Positions 20,987 through 30,773 of a DNA stretch of 64,000 bases are shown here, piece after piece. The notes below the pieces were generated by a model. That model did no database searches. It saw only the letters and a list, made by a program, of their open reading frames with translations, and had not been told where the DNA came from. Made by a program: the position numbers and the translations under genes. This DNA is from an uncultured Methanomassiliicoccales archaeon (GTDB lineage Archaea > Thermoplasmatota > Thermoplasmata > Methanomassiliicoccales > UBA472). Each line of letters opens with the position of its first letter. The first letter of the stretch is position 1. The DNA is taken from the NCBI GenBank assembly GCA_963695345.1, contig OY968769.1:800001-864000 (forward strand). The letters run 5' to 3'.

Positions 20987-21865
20987 GTGTTCTGGATACT
21001 CGCCGGGCTGGTCCTCACCAACATCTTCTGGGGCGCCTCCGGGGTCGCGGTCAAGGTGGCGCTGACCCAGCTGGACATCTTCGAGATCGTGGCCTACCGG
21101 TTCATCGTGGCGGCGATCATCCTATTCCTGATCACCATGCTGTGGAAGGGACGGAAGGCGCTCGCCGTGAAGACCAGGGACCTCCCCCTCCTCGCCCTGC
21201 TGGCGTTCCTGGGCATACCGCTGGAGTTCCTGCTGCAGGTGCTATCGCTGGAGAACACCAGTGTGACGAACTTCACGCTCATCTTCTGTCTGGCGCCGTT
21301 CTTCATCATCTTCGGCTCGTCCCTCATGACCAAGGAGAAGGTCACCCGGAACAAGATAATGGGCACTCTGCTGGCGTTCGCCGGTGTCGCCTTCGTCGTC
21401 ATGTCCAGCGGGTTCGCCCTGTCGGCCAACCTTCTGGGTGACGGCGTCGCCCTGCTCAGCTGCGTCGTCTGGGCGATCTACACCGTCATGGGCAAGCCCA
21501 TCAACCAGAGGTACACCACCCTTACCGTCCTGAACTATGTCTTCATATTCGGGGCGCTGGAGATGCTGCCGTTCCTGCTGTTCTCCCCGCTGACGCCGCC
21601 GACGTCGTTCATCGGCGACACCTGGATCGCGATGGCCTTCCTGACCGTCTTCTGTTCCCTGGCGGCATTCTTCATGTACAACAACGGCGTGGAGAAGCTG
21701 CCCGCCTCCACCGTCGGCATGTTCATCTACCTCAACCCGCTGGCCGGGGTCCTCCTGGCCGCCGTCGTGCTCGGCGAATCGGTGACCGTCTACACCTTCG
21801 CCGGCATGGCATTGATAATCCTCGGGATCTTTGTCTCGGAACGTCTGGTCATGAGGGAAAGATGA
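20987..21865 (+). CDS. EamA/DMT-family transporter
   Basis: Ten TM helices in two EamA repeats (FWG.S, LAPFF, GD..AL, YLNPL); exact start uncertain. Confidence 0.9.
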   Translation: MFWILAGLVLTNIFWGASGVAVKVALTQLDIFEIVAYRFIVAAIILFLITMLWKGRKALAVKTRDLPLLALLAFLGIPLEFLLQVLSLENTSVTNFTLIFCLAPFFIIFGSSLMTKEKVTRNKIMGTLLAFAGVAFVVMSSGFALSANLLGDGVALLSCVVWAIYTVMGKPINQRYTTLTVLNYVFIFGALEMLPFLLFSPLTPPTSFIGDTWIAMAFLTVFCSLAAFFMYNNGVEKLPASTVGMFIYLNPLAGVLLAAVVLGESVTVYTFAGMALIILGIFVSERLVMRER

Positions 21866-21973
21866 ACGTCAGCCAGGTAGATTTCTGGCCTTACTGATGC
21901 AGGGAAAGGTATCGCCGCCCCGCCGCCGTTCCATCGGAAAAATATGTGTACTTATAGATTATTGTCTGCCTGA

Positions 21974-22429
21974 ATGAGCTACCGCATACCGCCGGCAAAG
22001 ATCCTAGTGGAGGCGATATCCGAGGTCATCAGGGAGAAGCAGACGGTCGACTCCCAGAGAATGCTCACCGAACTGGTGCAGAAGGCGCTGAAGAAGAGGG
22101 ATTCGGATTATACGGCGAGCGAGATCCGCATCCGCAAGGCGGCGGTCCTGAGGACGCCGGTGAAGCTGCACATCCACTACCGGGAGACGACCGAGACCTC
22201 AACCAAGGGAAAATGCCCGGTGTGCGGTTCGGAGACGGCGCAGATCAAGAACAAGACCCTTTTCGACGAGAAGGTGGACATCGGGTTCCGCTGCACCAAG
22301 TGTCCCTATTGGACCGGCCAGCTGAAACGGGTCCCGGTGCGGTACATCTTCAATGCCCTGATCGAGGAACTGCCGAGGCCGCCGCGCCGGAAGACCGATG
22401 GGAAATACTCCCAATGGAAGTTCGCCTAG
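21974..22429 (+). CDS. Basic hypothetical protein with zinc ribbon
   Basis: CPVCG and CTKCPYWTG pairs. Confidence 0.7.
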   Translation: MSYRIPPAKILVEAISEVIREKQTVDSQRMLTELVQKALKKRDSDYTASEIRIRKAAVLRTPVKLHIHYRETTETSTKGKCPVCGSETAQIKNKTLFDEKVDIGFRCTKCPYWTGQLKRVPVRYIFNALIEELPRPPRRKTDGKYSQWKFA

Positions 22430-22625
22430 GCCGAGCATTATCGTTTTACAAACGCAAGGCAAGCTATCAAATACCTCCGATTTCGTAATTTTATCACTGT
22501 GGCGTCCTGAGTGATTTTGAGCTAATGGTTCCCCACCTATGCACAAAACGGATGCCACACCTCCATTTCATCCCGGTGGGGACGAAATCCTACCATTTAA
22601 GTATCGTCCCAGCAATGGCATAATC

Positions 22626-22817
22626 ATGTGCGAGTCGACGGTCTTCATCGATGAGAACGGGGCGGTCAAGGAAGTCATGCGGGATGTCTCTAGGATCGTC
22701 ATCAATGGCGAGGAGACGGTCCTCACGGACATCTTGGGTCAGCGTATGGTCCTGGACGGGGTCACGCTCAAGGAAGCCAACCTCATGAGCCACGGGATCG
22801 TTTTCATGAGGAAGTAG
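22626..22817 (+). CDS. cooT: CooT-family nickel-binding protein
   Basis: MCESTVF...VMRDV...DILG...NLMSHGI: N-terminal Cys2 and C-terminal His; directly upstream of cooC. Confidence 0.85.
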   Translation: MCESTVFIDENGAVKEVMRDVSRIVINGEETVLTDILGQRMVLDGVTLKEANLMSHGIVFMRK

Positions 22818-22821
22818 GAAA

Positions 22822-23604
22822 ATGAAGATCGCTGTCGCCGGGAAGGGCGGGGTCGGCAAGACCACCGTTGCCGCCATGCTCGCCCGGTTGTATGCCCGCC
22901 AAGGCAGCAAGGTCATCGCCATCGACGCCGACCCGGCCACCAGCCTGGCATCGGCCTTGGGGGTGCCGAAGAAGGACCGGGAGTCGATCACGCCGCTGTC
23001 GGGAATGTTGGACCTGATCGAGGAACGGACCGGGGCAAGACCGGGAGCCAGCTACGGCGGCATGTTCAAACTGAACCCCAAGGTGGACGACATCGTCGAC
23101 CGATACGGTGTCCGCGCCCCGGACGGCGTCACCTTGATGGTCCTGGGAACCATCGACACGCCGGGAAGCGGATGCTTCTGCCCCGAGTCGTCGCTGCTCA
23201 AGGCGCTCATGTCCCACGTCCTTTCCGGCGAGGAGGTCGTCATCATGGACATGGAGGCGGGCCTGGAGCACCTGGGCCGGTCGACCGCGAGGAACGTCGA
23301 TGTCATGCTGATAGTGGTCGAACCGGGAATGCGCTCGGTGGATACCGCGGTCAACATCGCCCGGATGGCCAAGGAGATCGGCGTCGGCGAGATCCTGGTC
23401 GTCCTGAACAAGTGCGCGACGGAGAACGAGGAGGCGCTGGTGGCCAAGGAGCTGAAGAAGCAGCAGCTGGTGCTGATCGCGACCCTGCCGAACTCCAACG
23501 TGGTCAGGGGCGCGGACCTGTTGGGCGTTTCTCCGATGGACATGCCCGGCATCGAGACGCTGTTGCCGATATTCCAATTCATCAAGGACCGGATCGACGC
23601 ATGA
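22822..23604 (+). CDS. cooC: CO dehydrogenase nickel-insertion ATPase
   Basis: GKGGVGKT, IDADP, GCFCPE (CxC), DMEAGLEHLGR. Confidence 0.93.
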   Translation: MKIAVAGKGGVGKTTVAAMLARLYARQGSKVIAIDADPATSLASALGVPKKDRESITPLSGMLDLIEERTGARPGASYGGMFKLNPKVDDIVDRYGVRAPDGVTLMVLGTIDTPGSGCFCPESSLLKALMSHVLSGEEVVIMDMEAGLEHLGRSTARNVDVMLIVVEPGMRSVDTAVNIARMAKEIGVGEILVVLNKCATENEEALVAKELKKQQLVLIATLPNSNVVRGADLLGVSPMDMPGIETLLPIFQFIKDRIDA

Positions 23605-23901
23605 GGTCAGCCGAACCTGGGTAATGAAACCGATGTTTGCTGCATCTCGACGCATCGATTTGAAATTTATTTACTAGGTCAAAGTCGCGATCGTTGTTCT
23701 GCTGGAATTCAATGTGAAGAACTTCACTTCTATGTGATTTTTATCTGCTGTTGTGGACGAGATCGTCCGCATCCTGCATCGCCACCAATTCGATATCTGA
23801 TTCGACTTAACATGCAGGAGATACTGGACACCCTGGTTTAAAGATGGATGTCGTTCAGGAACGTTGGTTTATGAAATACAGGGCTTTCGCCCCTAAATCG
23901 T

Positions 23902-24702
23902 TTACTTCTCCTTCAGAGCGCGCATCGCCACGAAAATGCCGAGGACGATGAAGACCAGTGAGAACACCATCAGTCCGAGGATGTCCACTTCCAGCGGATA
24001 TATCCCGGTCGAACCGGAGAACATCAGCTGTCTCATCCCGTCCACCGCCAGCGTCAGCGGGTTCACCTTCGCCACCGCCTGCAGCCAGTCCGGCATGCTG
24101 CTCACCGGGAACAGCGCTGCCGAAGCGAACATCAGCGGCAGGTTGACCAGGTTGATCACCGCGAACAGCGTCTCCTGCTGCTTGATGGTCAGCGCTATCG
24201 CCACGAAGATGGAGGCGAACGCGGTTGACAGCAGCCCCAGGATCAGGATTATGCCAAGGAACTCGATCACGCCGAAGTTCCCGGTGATGGTCAGGCCCTT
24301 CAGCCCTGGGATGTGAGCGAACAACAACGCGATGACGAGCACCAGCATCGCCGCTACGACCGCCCTGACCACCGTGGCCAACACCCTTGATATGGGGATC
24401 GAGGCGCGCGGGATCGGAGAGGCGCGGAGCTTGTTCAGGAATCCGAACCGCCGGTCCCATACCAGCGACATGCCGACGAACATGCAGGTGAACAGCGAGA
24501 TGATGGCAAGCTGACCGACGGACATATAGGACATGTAGTCCGGTGCACCGTTCAACAGCCTCGGGTCCAATGGGAAGGCGAAGGCCTGCCCGAAAAGACC
24601 CAGCCAAACGATCGGTTGCACCAGCATCATGAATATCTGGATCTTGGCCCGGTACCAGTGCTTGAGCTCCCTGACCGTCAGAGCCCATGTCTCTCGTATC
24701 AT
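23902..24702 (-). CDS. ABC-2 type exporter permease (DrrB-like)
   Basis: LVWDRRFGFL, PLMFASAALFP..MPDWLQ..AKVNPLT. Confidence 0.9.
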   Translation of the reverse strand: MIRETWALTVRELKHWYRAKIQIFMMLVQPIVWLGLFGQAFAFPLDPRLLNGAPDYMSYMSVGQLAIISLFTCMFVGMSLVWDRRFGFLNKLRASPIPRASIPISRVLATVVRAVVAAMLVLVIALLFAHIPGLKGLTITGNFGVIEFLGIILILGLLSTAFASIFVAIALTIKQQETLFAVINLVNLPLMFASAALFPVSSMPDWLQAVAKVNPLTLAVDGMRQLMFSGSTGIYPLEVDILGLMVFSLVFIVLGIFVAMRALKEK

Positions 24703-25701
24703 TTAGCTCGACCTCCTCATCTGGCGGGCGTTCGCCATCTTGTCAAAGCTTCCCGCCTGTTCCGCATCGCGCAATGACCGGCCGGTATACTCCAGAAACA
24801 CTTGGTCCATGTTCGGCCTTTCCAAAGTGACATATGTTACCTTGCCCCCGCTCTTCGATATCTCCTGCAACAGCGGCGCGGTAACTGTCTCACCGTTCAG
24901 CACCTTGACCCGGTAGGAATCTCCTTCCCGCTTCACGCTGAAAACTCCCTCGACAGATTGGATCGCTGCGGTATAGTCGACATCTCCACCGATCTTGACC
25001 GAGATGACGTCCCCACCCAGCGATTCCTTCAACTTGTGCGGAGTGTCCAGTGCCATGATCTTACCCTTGTCGATGATGCCGATGCGATCGCACAGGTTAT
25101 CTGCCTCCTCGAGGTAATGAGTGGTCATGAACACGGTCATGTTCGAGCTCTTCTTCAGCTCCCGGATGTGATCCCACATGGTCGTCCGTGTCTGGATGTC
25201 CAGTCCCAAGGTCGGCTCGTCCAGGAACAAAACCCGGGGCCGGTGTATGAGACCTTCAGCCAGTTCCAGGCGCTTCCTCATTCCTCCGGAGTAGGTCTTG
25301 ACCAATCGTCCAGCCGCCTCTTCCAGGTTGACCAGCTTCAATAGCTCGTCTATCCTTTCCTTGGCTATCTTCGGATCGACGCCGTATAGCGCCCCCTGCA
25401 ATTCCATGTTCTCTCGGCCGGTCAGGTCGTCATCCACCGTCAGTTCCTGAGGCACCAGTCCGATCGACTGGCGTACCTGGGTCGGATTCTTGACCGCATC
25501 AAAACCGCACACCTTGCACTCACCGCTGGTGGGCAGCAAGAGCGTGGTCAGCATCTTGATGGTCGTGGTCTTTCCCGCGCCGTTGGGACCGAGGAATCCG
25601 AACACCTCGCCCTCGGCCACCTCGAACGATATCCCATCCACCGCCCGGATGGAACCATTGTAGACCTTGACCAGGTCCTTCACTTCGATTATTGCTACCA
25701 T
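24703..25701 (-). CDS. ABC exporter ATP-binding subunit (DrrA-like)
   Basis: GPNGAGKTT, YSGGMRKRL, LFLDEPT, TTHYLEEA; ATG 25701. Confidence 0.95.
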   Translation of the reverse strand: MVAIIEVKDLVKVYNGSIRAVDGISFEVAEGEVFGFLGPNGAGKTTTIKMLTTLLLPTSGECKVCGFDAVKNPTQVRQSIGLVPQELTVDDDLTGRENMELQGALYGVDPKIAKERIDELLKLVNLEEAAGRLVKTYSGGMRKRLELAEGLIHRPRVLFLDEPTLGLDIQTRTTMWDHIRELKKSSNMTVFMTTHYLEEADNLCDRIGIIDKGKIMALDTPHKLKESLGGDVISVKIGGDVDYTAAIQSVEGVFSVKREGDSYRVKVLNGETVTAPLLQEISKSGGKVTYVTLERPNMDQVFLEYTGRSLRDAEQAGSFDKMANARQMRRSS

Positions 25702-25705
25702 GTCC

Positions 25706-26317
25706 TCACACCTGTTTTTCCTTATCATCGAGGACCATCGCGATCCTCTCTTTGATCTTCGGTTTGATGGGGTCGGAGTCGTCCATCTGCTCGTATTTGC
25801 TGATGGCCTTCTCGATCCCTTTTAAATGCCTGCACATCATCGTCCTCGCCTGCATCAGCATCTCCAGGCGTTCCTTTGGCGACAGGTCGTCCCTGAGCAG
25901 GCAGGCGAGATGGAGAGGCAACTGCATGACCACGTCGATGTGTTCCTGGGTCTCGACGCTCTGGTCCTCGACGGTCTCGGCCGCCGCTCTTCCCAGGAAG
26001 CTGAAGTAGCGTCCCATGAACTGCGCCTCCTGGGAGATCGATTTCAGGTTCTCGATCATCCAGTCCTTTCCTTCCCTGGTCAGGGAATAGTATTCCTTCC
26101 CATCCTTGACCTCGGAAAGTATGAGCTTCTGCTCCTCCAGTCTCTTGAGGGCCGGATAGATGGCCCCGGTCTGAGGTTCCCAGAATCCGTGGAACTCCTC
26201 CCTTAGGACCTTGAGCACCTCGTAACCGTACATCGGGCTCTTCCTCAGAATGACCAACATCAGGAATTGAGGGGGGCTGATGCGGTTTCCTTTATACACG
26301 TAATGACGACCTATCAT
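25706..26317 (-). CDS. PadR-family transcriptional regulator
   Basis: PMYGYEV, GAIYPALKRLEE, YYSLTREG. Confidence 0.9.
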   Translation of the reverse strand: MIGRHYVYKGNRISPPQFLMLVILRKSPMYGYEVLKVLREEFHGFWEPQTGAIYPALKRLEEQKLILSEVKDGKEYYSLTREGKDWMIENLKSISQEAQFMGRYFSFLGRAAAETVEDQSVETQEHIDVVMQLPLHLACLLRDDLSPKERLEMLMQARTMMCRHLKGIEKAISKYEQMDDSDPIKPKIKERIAMVLDDKEKQV

Positions 26318-26351
26318 TTTTCACCTGCATGTACATCATTAGGTTGGGACC

Positions 26352-26386
26352 TACTAAGTTTGTGTCTACTTAGTATATGTCTACTA
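26352..26386. promoter_or_regulatory. Overlapping inverted repeats upstream of padR (candidate operator)
   Basis: TACTAAGT-N8-ACTTAGTA (26352-26375) and TAGTA-N6-TACTA (26371-26386). Confidence 0.5.
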
Positions 26387-26440
26387 TATGAACAATATGC
26401 CTTTCTGATGTGGAAAAAAAGAATTCTAAAATGTTTTAGC

Positions 26441-27271
26441 CTACTCGACAGGCACTTGGACCTCGGTGAGCAGATCGTTCTCGTTTACCGTGGCCGGATC
26501 GTTCAGATAAAGCTCGCGCCCAGGTCCGCTCGGTCTCAATCCATTCTCTTGGATGAACTTGAAGACCTTGCCCCAGGCCTCCCCGACCTTGTGGTAGGCA
26601 CCCAAATGGATGACGCTCACCGCTCTTCCACCCGCCATGATCCTTACCTCGAAACCTGACGCGCCGACGTTCACCCTCCCGCTTACAGGCATGGCGACCT
26701 CCAGGTCCGCCTCGTTCTCCTTGTACTCCTTATCCCGGTATATCGCCATCGGCGGCCCTACCGCGTGAGCTTGCTGTTCCTGGTACCCCAGCAGGGCACA
26801 CATCTCGCCGATCAAACGTGGAATTCCTTCCTGGTACGTTCCCATCTCCCTCTTCGATATGACCCGCTGCGCGGGCAGTTCCTTGATGCAGGGTGTTCCA
26901 TTCTTCATGTCTGTCACTTCCTCGAAGCTCTTGTTCTCCAGCTCCCCTCTGACCGCCTCGAGCTGGCGCACCTGGGATCCAACCTCCCGGATGCGCCTGA
27001 CGATTATGTGGTCCAAGGCGGCGGCGTCCCCGCCTCCGTTCAGTACATCGACCGCCGACCTCATGTCCTGGATTCCGAACCCGAGTTCGGCCAGTCGCCT
27101 AAGCATCAGACCCAATCTGATCTGAGAATGGGCATAGTACCGGTATCCGGTGATCTCTCTCCTGGCTGGGATGAGCAGCCCTTTCTCTTCGTATAGCCGC
27201 AGAGCTTTCGGACTTAGCCTGGTGATGAGAGAATAGGTCCCGATGTTGAGGTATCCGCTCACGTCGTTCAT
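26441..27271 (-). CDS. MerR-family regulator with GyrI-like effector domain
   Basis: IG..S...LSPKALRLYEEKGLL.P...TGYRYY; HLGAY; RELYLNDP. Confidence 0.92.
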   Translation of the reverse strand: MNDVSGYLNIGTYSLITRLSPKALRLYEEKGLLIPARREITGYRYYAHSQIRLGLMLRRLAELGFGIQDMRSAVDVLNGGGDAAALDHIIVRRIREVGSQVRQLEAVRGELENKSFEEVTDMKNGTPCIKELPAQRVISKREMGTYQEGIPRLIGEMCALLGYQEQQAHAVGPPMAIYRDKEYKENEADLEVAMPVSGRVNVGASGFEVRIMAGGRAVSVIHLGAYHKVGEAWGKVFKFIQENGLRPSGPGRELYLNDPATVNENDLLTEVQVPVE

Positions 27272-27396
27272 AGGAGCGTAGAGCCGATTCTAACCGATAT
27301 AGATTAACGACCGCATTCCGCCCCGGGGCAAGGTCGGGCGATGGAACGCCGGGACGGTGTCCCGACCCTCGGTTCTTTCTCGGGCAATTGCTTTAA

Positions 27397-28068
27397 ATGG
27401 GTCTGACATTCGCCTTTTCAATGGACGTTGTCAACATTCCGGACGACCTGTGGGACGACTGGTCGTGGTTTATCACGCCGCATGATCTGCGCTGCACAGT
27501 GATCGAGGACGAAAAGGTCATCGAGGAGGCCAAGGTGGCAGTGACGGCGGTCTACACATTGAACCTGCCGAAAATGGTCATGAGCGATCTGGCCCTCGCC
27601 TCCAGACTGGAGAGAACGAACGTCGGCATAGTCGACACCGGGATCGTCTGCCGGGACGTCCACATCACCCCCGAAACCCTGACCCATACCATGACCCAGT
27701 TGCTTCTCCATTGTCCGTTGGTGGTAAGGCCGGCCGAAGGAGAGAGGGAGACCCCGTTCTCAGACGTGTCCGATGGCCTGGAGATCTGCTTCTTTAACCC
27801 GCTGATGATGGAGGACGACCAGGGGAGCAAGGAGCTCTACTGCATGGAATCGCCCACCAGGTGCATCGAGGAGCTTTCCATGGAAGCCGAGGAGGGTAAG
27901 CTGGCCACCGCGGTTCTGACAGCGGTCGAGGAACTGGCCTCCCGCGCCTTGATTGACGTCGAGGATGGGATCATCATCAGGGTCACCGAGAAGGGCAAGC
28001 GACTGATGGAGACCGAACCGCTCAACGACAGGGTCGTCTGCGCCTACCAATTGCGACCGCTGGAGTAG
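27397..28068 (+). CDS. Acidic hypothetical protein, possible C-terminal winged-helix wing
   Basis: 223-aa ORF with host-like codons; IRVTEKGKRL at the C-terminus. Confidence 0.65.
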   Translation: MGLTFAFSMDVVNIPDDLWDDWSWFITPHDLRCTVIEDEKVIEEAKVAVTAVYTLNLPKMVMSDLALASRLERTNVGIVDTGIVCRDVHITPETLTHTMTQLLLHCPLVVRPAEGERETPFSDVSDGLEICFFNPLMMEDDQGSKELYCMESPTRCIEELSMEAEEGKLATAVLTAVEELASRALIDVEDGIIIRVTEKGKRLMETEPLNDRVVCAYQLRPLE

Positions 28069-28093
28069 GCGTACCCAGAAGAGGGACGGGGTA

Positions 28094-28738
28094 TCACTGT
28101 TCCAGTCCGGGGGATCTCCGGACCAGGTCGTCCCAATCACCGGCCACCGCCTTTCTGATCAAGAGTTTGTACTTTTCAAAGACCTCTGGTGGCATCAGGA
28201 CCTTCCATACCCCGGTCATTACCGCTCGCTCTTCGAGATCCAGTAAGGGAAACAACCAATCCACGAGCGAGGGTGCCTTCTCCGGAGGCACAGATCTGGA
28301 CATGTGCCCGATCATGGATGCCTGTTCGGGACCGGAGAGGTTTTGGCGCAGGAGAGGATATAGGAAAGTGTCCTCTTTGTCGAGGTGGAGCCTGAGATGC
28401 TGGTTCATGGCCGCCGTCTCTCGGGCGGCGATAAGGTCATCGGGATCGTTGCGCAGCAGCTCGATACCGCTGACCAATCTATCCAGTTCTCGATGGTCCA
28501 TGACATAGGTGTTCGTGATCAGAGGTGCGATCCCGTTCACTGCGGGAAAAACGGCCGCCTCTTCCCCTCTCGCATGGTAGTCCAGGAATTCTCCCAAGAC
28601 TTGGAATCGATCCAGAATATGGGATAGGTCCCCTTCTCCACGAGCCAGCTCGTACGCCGCACCATCGATCTGAAGCATGTCACGTCGAAATGCATTGTGA
28701 AAGCATAGTACCCCGTCGATTGGTCCAGACATAGCCAT
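28094..28738 (-). CDS. Hemerythrin/HHE-domain protein
   Basis: FHNAFRRD, HARGEE..VFP, DH, HLDKED.FLYP. Confidence 0.85.
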   Translation of the reverse strand: MAMSGPIDGVLCFHNAFRRDMLQIDGAAYELARGEGDLSHILDRFQVLGEFLDYHARGEEAAVFPAVNGIAPLITNTYVMDHRELDRLVSGIELLRNDPDDLIAARETAAMNQHLRLHLDKEDTFLYPLLRQNLSGPEQASMIGHMSRSVPPEKAPSLVDWLFPLLDLEERAVMTGVWKVLMPPEVFEKYKLLIRKAVAGDWDDLVRRSPGLEQ

Positions 28739-29012
28739 TCCGCCGATATGGGAACAACTCTGACCCAAGCTTATTTAACCATTATGAACGAGATCCGATC
28801 CATCACTGTCTGCCAACGGAAGGACCGGACCGATCGCCCGAACCATCGATGAGCGCACAGTTGGTTCGTCCAAAGAAGCTATTTCACAGCATGACATGAT
28901 CCAGGCCACCCGCGAGGCCGGCCTTTTCGGATATGCCAGCATGTCCCACCGTATTTGAACGGCATTGACAAGGTTTATCAAGCGAAATGTCATTGGCGTG
29001 CCGGGTCCGAAA

Positions 29013-29946
29013 ATGAGGCTTTGGGAATTCGGAAGGATGAACAATTCGAGGGTCAAGATCGGCGAGAAATTAGGTGGTCCTTTGGGTCTCGTCGACGGAT
29101 GCCAGGTCTACACCACGATGTTCCGCTACGATTTCAACGGCAATACCGGATACGAGATCGTGCTCTCCACCTTTGGACCGGAGAACTATCGTCAGATCTG
29201 TGAGGCCACGTTCTATATGCTGGATGTTCCTGGATCGTGCGCTCAGGTCTCCAAGTTCCTCTCCGAGAGGAACATCGACATACTCAATTCTGTGTCGATC
29301 AGCATGATCTCCAACGTCACCATGGTGTGGAAGATGCTCGTCGACCTCAGCTACTACGGTGAACTGCCGCAGCTGCAGGAGGACTTCGACATGCTGAGGA
29401 AGCAGAAGTCCTCATCGATCTCCAACATCGATGCCATGGAGATCAAGGAGTCGCACATCAGCGACCGTTACACCAAAGGCACCTCCGGACAGGGCCAGAT
29501 GGTCAAGGCGAAGGCACTGAAGAAGGCAACCAAGGCTCCATCGATGATCATGAACGGCGAGATCGAGCTTCCCGCGGACTACCTGAAGATGCTCGAGGGC
29601 GTCAAGGACGACAGACCCGGTCATGATGGTCGGGGACACAGACGCCTGGGTGCTTTCGATCACGTTCATGAAGCCGACCGTCAAGCTGGCGCAGATCGAA
29701 ATCGAGATACCGGACAAACCGGGCTCGGTCTTCGAGGTCACCAACCAGCTGGCCAGTTTCGACATCAATCTCCTGGCGCTGCACACCAAGGTCCTGGTCT
29801 ACTATGAGAAGATGAGCATGGAACTGGTCGCCGACGTGAGCAAATATCCCGGAGGGATCGAGGCGCTCAAGGAAGGACTGAAGACCATGTTGTCCGGCCT
29901 GAAGGGCAACTACAGGCTCTCCGCCCTGAAGGAGATCAGGGTCTGA
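29013..29946 (+). CDS. Tandem ACT-domain protein; frameshift near 29617
   Basis: LDVPGSCAQVSKFLSERNIDIL and PDKPGSVFEVTNQLASFDINL ACT motifs. Confidence 0.75.
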
Positions 29947-29960
29947 GAAGTGGGCTCCCA

Positions 29961-30701
29961 ATGATCATCGGAAAAAAGATCATCGTCAAGGACGAGGTCC
30001 CATCGACCAATGACCTGGCGAAATCGCTGGCGAATGAAGGGGAAGAGGAAGGCCTGGTCGTCACGGCAAGGACCCAGGTTGCTGGCAGGGGCCGCATGGG
30101 ACGCACCTGGTCCTCGCCGGAGGGCGGTCTGTACATATCCGTCCTTCTCCGTCCGAAGGTCCCGGCTCACGACATGCTCAGGATGACCGTTCTGGCCTGC
30201 GTCCCGGTGGCGCAGACGATCGAGGAGGCTTCCGGTTGCAAGGCGACCGTCAAGTGGCCCAACGACGTCGAGATCGATGGAAAAAAGGTCGCCGGCCTGC
30301 TGGTAGAATCTGCCTCCAAGGGAGGGGAGATCGCCTACCTCGTTCTGGGCATCGGAATCAATCTGAACCTGCAGCCGGAATCGCTGGGCGTTCCGGAGGC
30401 CACATCGGTGAGCGCCTGCGCCGGAAGACCGATCGACCGGGAGGCGTTCCTGAACATCCTCCTCTATCGGCTCGACTCATTCTACGCCTCGTTCCTTAAG
30501 GGAACGTTCGAGATGGCCGATTACATCAAACGATCTTCCACGGTCGGTTCTGATATCGAGGTTGAGGTGAATGGCAGTAAGGTCATCGGAAGGGCGACCG
30601 GAGTGGACATCACCGGCGCTCTCGTTGTGATGACGCCCGAGGGCAGCGAACACCGGCTGTCATCGGTGCATGATACCACGATAAGGAAGACCAATCGGTA
30701 A
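29961..30701 (+). CDS. birA: Biotin-protein ligase (no HTH)
   Basis: STNDLA, QVAGRGRMGRTW.SP, KWPND, KKVAGLLVE, GIGIN. Confidence 0.95.
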   Translation: MIIGKKIIVKDEVPSTNDLAKSLANEGEEEGLVVTARTQVAGRGRMGRTWSSPEGGLYISVLLRPKVPAHDMLRMTVLACVPVAQTIEEASGCKATVKWPNDVEIDGKKVAGLLVESASKGGEIAYLVLGIGINLNLQPESLGVPEATSVSACAGRPIDREAFLNILLYRLDSFYASFLKGTFEMADYIKRSSTVGSDIEVEVNGSKVIGRATGVDITGALVVMTPEGSEHRLSSVHDTTIRKTNR

Positions 30702-30773
30702 GATTGGAATAATTTAGGCAAAAGGTGTTAACTGTGGGGCATCAATTCAAAGCATCGGACTGGAGGGTAAAAG

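Noticed and set aside
23713-23728. TGTGAA-N4-TTCAC Rex-like palindrome
   Set aside because: Located between convergent gene ends, not in a promoter
27336-27375. GGCGATGGAACGCC resembling a fluoride riboswitch 5' end
   Set aside because: Lacks the downstream GCTRATGAC..CTAC segment; no fluoride-related gene follows
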